Source: an uncultured Deinococcales bacterium
Lineage (GTDB): Bacteria; Deinococcota; Deinococci; Deinococcales; JAAFIG01
Direction: 5' to 3'
DNA length: 11,345 nt
Assembly: GCA_964244895.1 (NCBI GenBank)
Contig: CAXTKV010000125.1
Location: 4,212 to 15,556 of the forward strand
The position numbers were made by a program, and so were the translations under genes. Below are positions 7,596-11,345 of this stretch, one piece after another (the first letter of the stretch is position 1; each line of letters starts with the position of its first letter). Under the pieces are notes generated by a model that saw only the letters and a list, made by a program, of their open reading frames with translations, made no database searches and was not told the DNA's origin.

Positions 7596-7670
7596 GCGGT
7601 ACGCAGCCCGAGGCAAGCGCGGTAAACCTTCGAGTGAAAGGTGGGATGAGCCCCACCAAAACCACGTTCT

Positions 7671-7698
7671 GTAGGGCAGCCTTCATGGTTGCCCTCGC
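7671..7698 (+). repeat. GTAG-family REP
   Basis: GTAG-GGCAGCC-TTCAT-GGTTGCC-CTCGC, near-identical to the reverse complement of 10518-10546. Confidence 0.8.
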
Positions 7699-7782
7699 GC
7701 GAACCCGTTCTCGAAACTCATTTTTACAAGAAGGCGACTCGAGATTCTCGAGACACAGTGCGTTCGCGAGAGATTGAGGCTC

Positions 7783-7828
7783 AACACCGTCCAGCACATC
7801 GTTTTAGATATGTGTGCTGAATGGTGTT
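7783..7828. repeat. Palindromic element copy E (ClC-AKR convergent gap)
   Basis: AACACCGTCCAGCACAT (7783-7799), 12-nt loop, GTGTGCTGAATGGTGTT (7812-7828). Confidence 0.9.
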
Positions 7829-7876
7829 TTTGGTGGTGCTCGAGACTCGCCGTCGAAACGAATCTCGGGCTCGCGT

Positions 7877-8824
7877 TTACTTCGCGGGTGCGAAGACCGC
7901 CTCGACTTGCGCCAGCGCTTCGGGTGACAACCTGAAATCTGCCGCCTCGAGATTCTGCGTCATCTGCTCGGGGCGCGTCGCGCCGACGATGGCGCTGGAA
8001 ACCGCTTTGCTTCGGAGCGCCCAGGCGAGCGCCAGCGTGCCGCGCGTCACGCCCAGCTCGTCCGCGATGGGTTTGAGCTGGCGCACCTTCTCGATGGTTT
8101 CTGGCGTGTACAGGTCGCGCCCGATCTGCGTGTCGGTCAACCTCGAGCCGGGCACGTCGCCGGTATCGAACTTGCCGGTCAGCACGCCCATCCCCAACGG
8201 GCTCCAGACGACCAGTCCGACGCCATTTTTTTCCGTGACGGGCAAAATTTCTTTTTCCACGCGGTCGCGGTAGGCCAAGCTGTACTGCGGTTGTTCGGTC
8301 ACGGGCGCGTGCAGGCCGTTGGCTCGAGCAAATTGTACGGCTTCCATGATCTGCGCGCCCGACCATTCGGACGTGCCCCAGTACAGGATCAATCCGCGTT
8401 CGATCAGGTTGCTCATCGAATGCACGACCTCTTCGGTGGTCGTGTCCGCATCGTGGCGGTGGCAGAAGTAAATGTCCAGGTAGTCCGTGCCCAGGCGTTT
8501 CAGGCTGCCTTCGATGCTGTGCCGGACGTGCTTGCGGCCCAGACCGCGATCGTTCGGGTCGTCCGACATCGGCCAGTAGAGTTTGCTGGAAATCACGAGT
8601 TTCTCGCGCGGTTGGTCTTTCAGGACTTCGCCCATGACGCGTTCGCTCTCGCCTCTGGCGTAAGCGTCGGCCTGATCGAAGAAATTCACGCCGCCTTCCA
8701 GCGCGATCTCGATGATGCGCCGCGCCTGCTGGCCGTCCTGGATGCTGCCGCCGAAGGTCGTCCAACCGCCCAGGCTGATGGCTGAAATTTTCAATCCGCT
8801 GTTGCCCAATCGTCTGTATTCCAT
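7877..8824 (-). CDS. Aldo/keto reductase, Kv-beta/YghZ-like family
   Basis: MEYRRLGNSGLKIS from ATG 8824. FFDQADAY (Asp/Tyr), ISSK (Lys), SLKRLGTDYLDIYFCH (His), YWGTSEW, EQPQYS, WSPLGMGVLTGK and AIVGATRPEQ. Confidence 0.93.
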   Translation of the reverse strand: MEYRRLGNSGLKISAISLGGWTTFGGSIQDGQQARRIIEIALEGGVNFFDQADAYARGESERVMGEVLKDQPREKLVISSKLYWPMSDDPNDRGLGRKHVRHSIEGSLKRLGTDYLDIYFCHRHDADTTTEEVVHSMSNLIERGLILYWGTSEWSGAQIMEAVQFARANGLHAPVTEQPQYSLAYRDRVEKEILPVTEKNGVGLVVWSPLGMGVLTGKFDTGDVPGSRLTDTQIGRDLYTPETIEKVRQLKPIADELGVTRGTLALAWALRSKAVSSAIVGATRPEQMTQNLEAADFRLSPEALAQVEAVFAPAK

Positions 8825-9012
8825 AGACCTCGAGCCTACGCTTTTGCGGCGCTGTCGGTTCGTGCCTGGCGCGACACTCGGGAACCTGTCGCGACACCGA
8901 AGGTTTCTCGAGCCCCTATGCCCCGTCACTCCGAGGCGGCAGGACGAAGAATCTTTTGCCGTCGCACGAGAGACCGCGCACCACGGATTCTCGAGATGCC
9001 CATTGGCTCAAA

Positions 9013-9058
9013 ACCACCGTCCAGCACGCAAATAAAATCATGCGTCCGGGACGGTGGT
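9013..9058. repeat. Palindromic element copy F (AKR-phytase-like divergent gap)
   Basis: ACCACCGTCCAGCACGCA (9013-9030), 10-nt loop, TGCGTCCGGGACGGTGGT (9041-9058). Confidence 0.9.
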
Positions 9059-9179
9059 CTCTGAACTTCAACCTCGGGCTTGCACGATCCTGACACGGGC
9101 TGGCGAGACTGGCGGCGCTCGATCCGATGGATTCGAGTTTGCGGTGAGTGACACAGCATCACCGCACACAGGAGGTCGT

Positions 9180-10442
9180 ATGCGCTCGAGCGTCACGCTG
9201 ACACTCGCCGGGGTCGTGTTGAGTTTTGCCCTGGCCCAATCCGCACCCAAGACGGAACTCGTGGGATTCGCCGCCATGCCCGCCGACACGTTTGCGCCCG
9301 GCCCGGCTTCGGGTCAGTACCGCACGCCCAACGGCAGCAAACTCGAGACGGCCCCATTTCCCAGCCAGCCCGTGCAGGGCTTCAGCGCCATTCAGTTCGG
9401 CCCGACGGCGGGTTCGTACTGGATGATGCCGGACAACGGTTTCGGCTCGAAGTACAACAGCCCCGATGCCCTGTTGCGCATCTACGCCATCACGCCGACC
9501 CCGAAAACCGCCAAGGGCGGCGCGGGCTCGATGGCGGTTGGGAATTTCATTCAGTTGCGCGACCCGGACAAGAAAGTTCCCTTTTTGATCGTCAACGAGG
9601 CCAGCCCGGAGCGTTTACTGACCGGCGCGGATTTCGACATCGAATCCTTCGTGCTGGCCACGGACGGCACGATCTGGATCGGCGAGGAATTCGGGCCGTA
9701 CCTGCTGCATTTCGATAACACCGGCAAGCTCCTGGAAGCCCCCTACGCCACGCCGGATTTCGGCGCGGGCAAGGACCCGACCAAGGACCTGGTGCGTTCA
9801 CCCAACAACCCGAGCGTGCTGGCGTCCAGCCCGAACCCCGGTCAGATGTCCACGGCCAACCTGGGCGGTTCCAGGGGCTACGAGGGCATGGCCGCCAACC
9901 CCGCCAAGACGAAGCTCTACGCGATGCTCGAGGGCAGCGTCACGGGCGATACCGCGGGCACCTTGCGCGTCCACGAGTTCGATCTGGCCACCAAGAAGTT
10001 CGTCGGCGTGTTGGGTCGCTACAAGATGGCCGATCCGAGCTATTCCATCGGCGACATGACGGTCGTGAACGACAACGAATACCTGGTGCTCGAGCGCGAT
10101 CAGGCGCAGGGTGCGGACGCGAAGTTCAAGAAGGTCTTCAAGATCGATCTCTCCAAGAAGGACGCCGACGGCAACTTCGTGAAAGAAGAGGTCGTGGATC
10201 TGTTGAATATCCCCGACCCGAACAAGCTCTCCGATGTCAGCGTGGGCGGCGTCTACAAGATGCCTTACGTGACCATCGAGGACGTGCTGGTGCTGGACGC
10301 CAACACGATCCTGGTCGCCAACGACAACAATTACCCGGCCACGGGCGGTCGCGGTGCCGATGTCAAGGATCGCGACGAGATGATCTGGGTCAAGCTCGAG
10401 AAACCATTGACGCTGGCCGCTGGCGTCGGCGCGCCGCGCTGA
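9180..10442 (+). CDS. Secreted esterase-like activity of phytase family protein
   Basis: AGGAGG at 9170-9175 and ATG 9180. Signal peptide MRSSVTLTLAGVVLSFALA-Q. Motifs QPVQGFSA, PDNGFGSKYNS, LTGADFDIES, GEEFGPYLLHF, SRGYEGMA, TIEDV and NDNNYP. Confidence 0.85.
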   Translation: MRSSVTLTLAGVVLSFALAQSAPKTELVGFAAMPADTFAPGPASGQYRTPNGSKLETAPFPSQPVQGFSAIQFGPTAGSYWMMPDNGFGSKYNSPDALLRIYAITPTPKTAKGGAGSMAVGNFIQLRDPDKKVPFLIVNEASPERLLTGADFDIESFVLATDGTIWIGEEFGPYLLHFDNTGKLLEAPYATPDFGAGKDPTKDLVRSPNNPSVLASSPNPGQMSTANLGGSRGYEGMAANPAKTKLYAMLEGSVTGDTAGTLRVHEFDLATKKFVGVLGRYKMADPSYSIGDMTVVNDNEYLVLERDQAQGADAKFKKVFKIDLSKKDADGNFVKEEVVDLLNIPDPNKLSDVSVGGVYKMPYVTIEDVLVLDANTILVANDNNYPATGGRGADVKDRDEMIWVKLEKPLTLAAGVGAPR

Positions 10443-10458
10443 ACGCCCCGCGACGTTG

Positions 10459-10487
10459 AAGCCTGAGGGGAAACCCTCGGGCTTTTT
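10459..10487 (+). terminator. Rho-independent terminator of the phytase-like gene
   Basis: Stem GCCTGAGGG (10461-10469), GAAA loop, CCCTCGGGC, then TTTTT. Starts within 20 nt of the stop codon. Confidence 0.85.
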
Positions 10488-10517
10488 CGCGTGCGCGAGT
10501 GCCCGAGGTATCTGGAT

Positions 10518-10586
10518 GCGAGGGCAACCACAAGGGTTGCCCCTACAAGAACCGTGTCCTGTAAAGGCGAAACTCGTACTCGCCCT
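10518..10586. repeat. Divergent GTAG-family REP pair
   Basis: Minus-strand GTAGGGGCAACCCTTGTGGTTGCCCTCGC (10518-10546), 14-nt spacer, then degenerate plus-strand GTAAAGGCGAAACTCGTACTCGCCCT (10561-10586). Confidence 0.75.
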
Positions 10587-10631
10587 CTGGCCGATACGTC
10601 CTCTGGATTGCTGATCGTCTCGGAATGTTCT

Positions 10632-10705
10632 CTCGAGAACACCGTCCAGCACGCGAATTCTGAGCATCAAACAAATGCGTCCGGGACGGTGTTGTGTTCC
10701 TCGAG
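10632..10705. repeat. Palindromic element copy G, bounded by CTCGAG at both ends
   Basis: CTCGAGAACACCGTCCAGCACGC (10632-10654), 22-nt loop, GCGTCCGGGACGGTGTT (10677-10693), a repeated GTGTT, then CTCGAG at 10700-10705. Confidence 0.92.
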
Positions 10706-10736
10706 AATCCAACGGAGCCGTCTCGAGCATTCGGCT

Positions 10737-11171
10737 TTACGCCCGATCCACGACCGCTCTCTCGAGTCCGACCAGGACGCGCTCGGCGTGTCCCAGCGCG
10801 CGCCCAGAAACGAAGGCCGCCATCAATCCCGACGAACTCGAGGCCAGCGTCACCCGCGTCCGATCCGGCCCAATCGAAACCAGGTCGAAACGGGATTCCA
10901 GACGCGAGCCGGTCAGGTGCGGAAAGTACAGGATTTCCAGCGCGCTGGGCGGTTCAAAACGCGTCACCCAGGCGTTTCCCGGTAACGGTGCGGACAAGCC
11001 AAAGGCCGTGCCGCGCCGTGCGCTTTCCTGGATGCTGACGGCGCGCCAGGTCGGATGCCAGCGCGGTGCGTTCGGTAGGTCAATCAGCACGGCCCAGACG
11101 CGTTCTGGCCTCGCGTTGATCTCGAGGCTGGCTTCGGTGGTGCGGACGCGAGGCAGGGGAAGGTGAGCCAT
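10737..11171 (-). CDS. SRPBCC/polyketide cyclase-like (START) domain protein
   Basis: EASLEINARPERVWAVLIDLPNAPRWHP is the typical SRPBCC N-terminus, and the gene ends in an amphipathic helix. ATG 11171 is preferred because the track start at 11219 overlaps the upstream terminator. Confidence 0.75.
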   Translation of the reverse strand: MAHLPLPRVRTTEASLEINARPERVWAVLIDLPNAPRWHPTWRAVSIQESARRGTAFGLSAPLPGNAWVTRFEPPSALEILYFPHLTGSRLESRFDLVSIGPDRTRVTLASSSSGLMAAFVSGRALGHAERVLVGLERAVVDRA

Positions 11172-11217
11172 GTCGGTATTCTCGCCGGGAATCTCGAGCC
11201 TGGCGACTCGAGCCTCC

Positions 11218-11250
11218 AAAAAAAGCTGCCGGGTTCTGGTGAACCCGGCA
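11218..11250 (-). terminator. Rho-independent terminator of the fasciclin gene
   Basis: Perfect 10-bp stem TGCCGGGTTC/GAACCCGGCA with a 4-nt loop, followed on the minus strand by GC and T7. Confidence 0.88.
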
Positions 11251-11274
11251 CGAGCGAACGCGATATCGAATGGT

Positions 11275-11345
11275 TTACTTGGGCATCAGGACGGTGTCAA
11301 TCACGTGAATCACGCCGTTGCTGCCCACGATGTCCGCCGTCGTCA
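11275..11345 (-). CDS. Fasciclin (FAS1) domain protein, 3' end (not in the ORF track)
   Basis: The minus strand reads TTADIVGSNGVIHVIDTVLMPK-stop (TAA at 11275-11277), the FAS1 H2 signature. Confidence 0.9.
   Translation of the reverse strand, partial: TTADIVGSNGVIHVIDTVLMPK

Noticed and set aside
8866..8920. Short hairpin CGCGACA/TGTCGCG and a GCCCCTAT REP-like end in the divergent gap
   Set aside because: A 7-bp stem is unremarkable in GC-rich DNA, and the REP-like end lacks a proper GTAG and hairpin.
1635..10705. CRISPR array interpretation of the repeats with variable inner sequences
   Set aside because: The arms are inverted rather than direct, copies are kilobases apart, the inner sequences are only 1-22 nt, and there are no cas genes.
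10491..10985. 164-aa plus-strand ORF across the repeat block
   Set aside because: It translates REP and palindrome DNA and runs antisense into the SRPBCC gene. It has no transposase or other motifs.
11172..11184. GTCGGTATTCTCG, resembling an element right arm
   Set aside because: Short, mismatched and unpaired. It is equally explained as the SRPBCC promoter region.
11287..11298. CAGGACGGTGTC, matching the right arm of element copy C
   Set aside because: It encodes the conserved fasciclin DTVL motif, so protein constraint explains it, and there is no partner arm.

Overview
GC-rich bacterial window, probably Deinococcota (inferred from the ClC-RCK_C protein type and a -10 box placed 6 nt before a start codon). 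The left half is a purine biosynthesis cluster: purL (5' truncated)-purQ-purC-purF-purD. It is followed by a ClC-family transporter with a TrkA-C domain, a Kv-beta/YghZ-type aldo-keto reductase (-), a secreted phytase-like/esterase protein (+), an SRPBCC protein (-) and the 3' end of a fasciclin gene (-). The genes are ordinary, but three repeat layers stand out. (1) CTCGAG occurs about 52 times (hand count) where about 4 are expected, in all reading frames. (2) A dispersed palindromic element, consensus CTCGAGAACACCGTCCAGCACGC-variable loop-GCGT(G/C)C(T/A/G)GGACGGTGTTCTCGAG, sits in 5 of 7 intergenic gaps. Loop-less versions lie in frame inside purF (propeptide) and purD, and its ends resemble CTCGAG. 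(3) GTAG-type REPs co-occur with the element in mosaic intergenic blocks. No transposase is present in the window.
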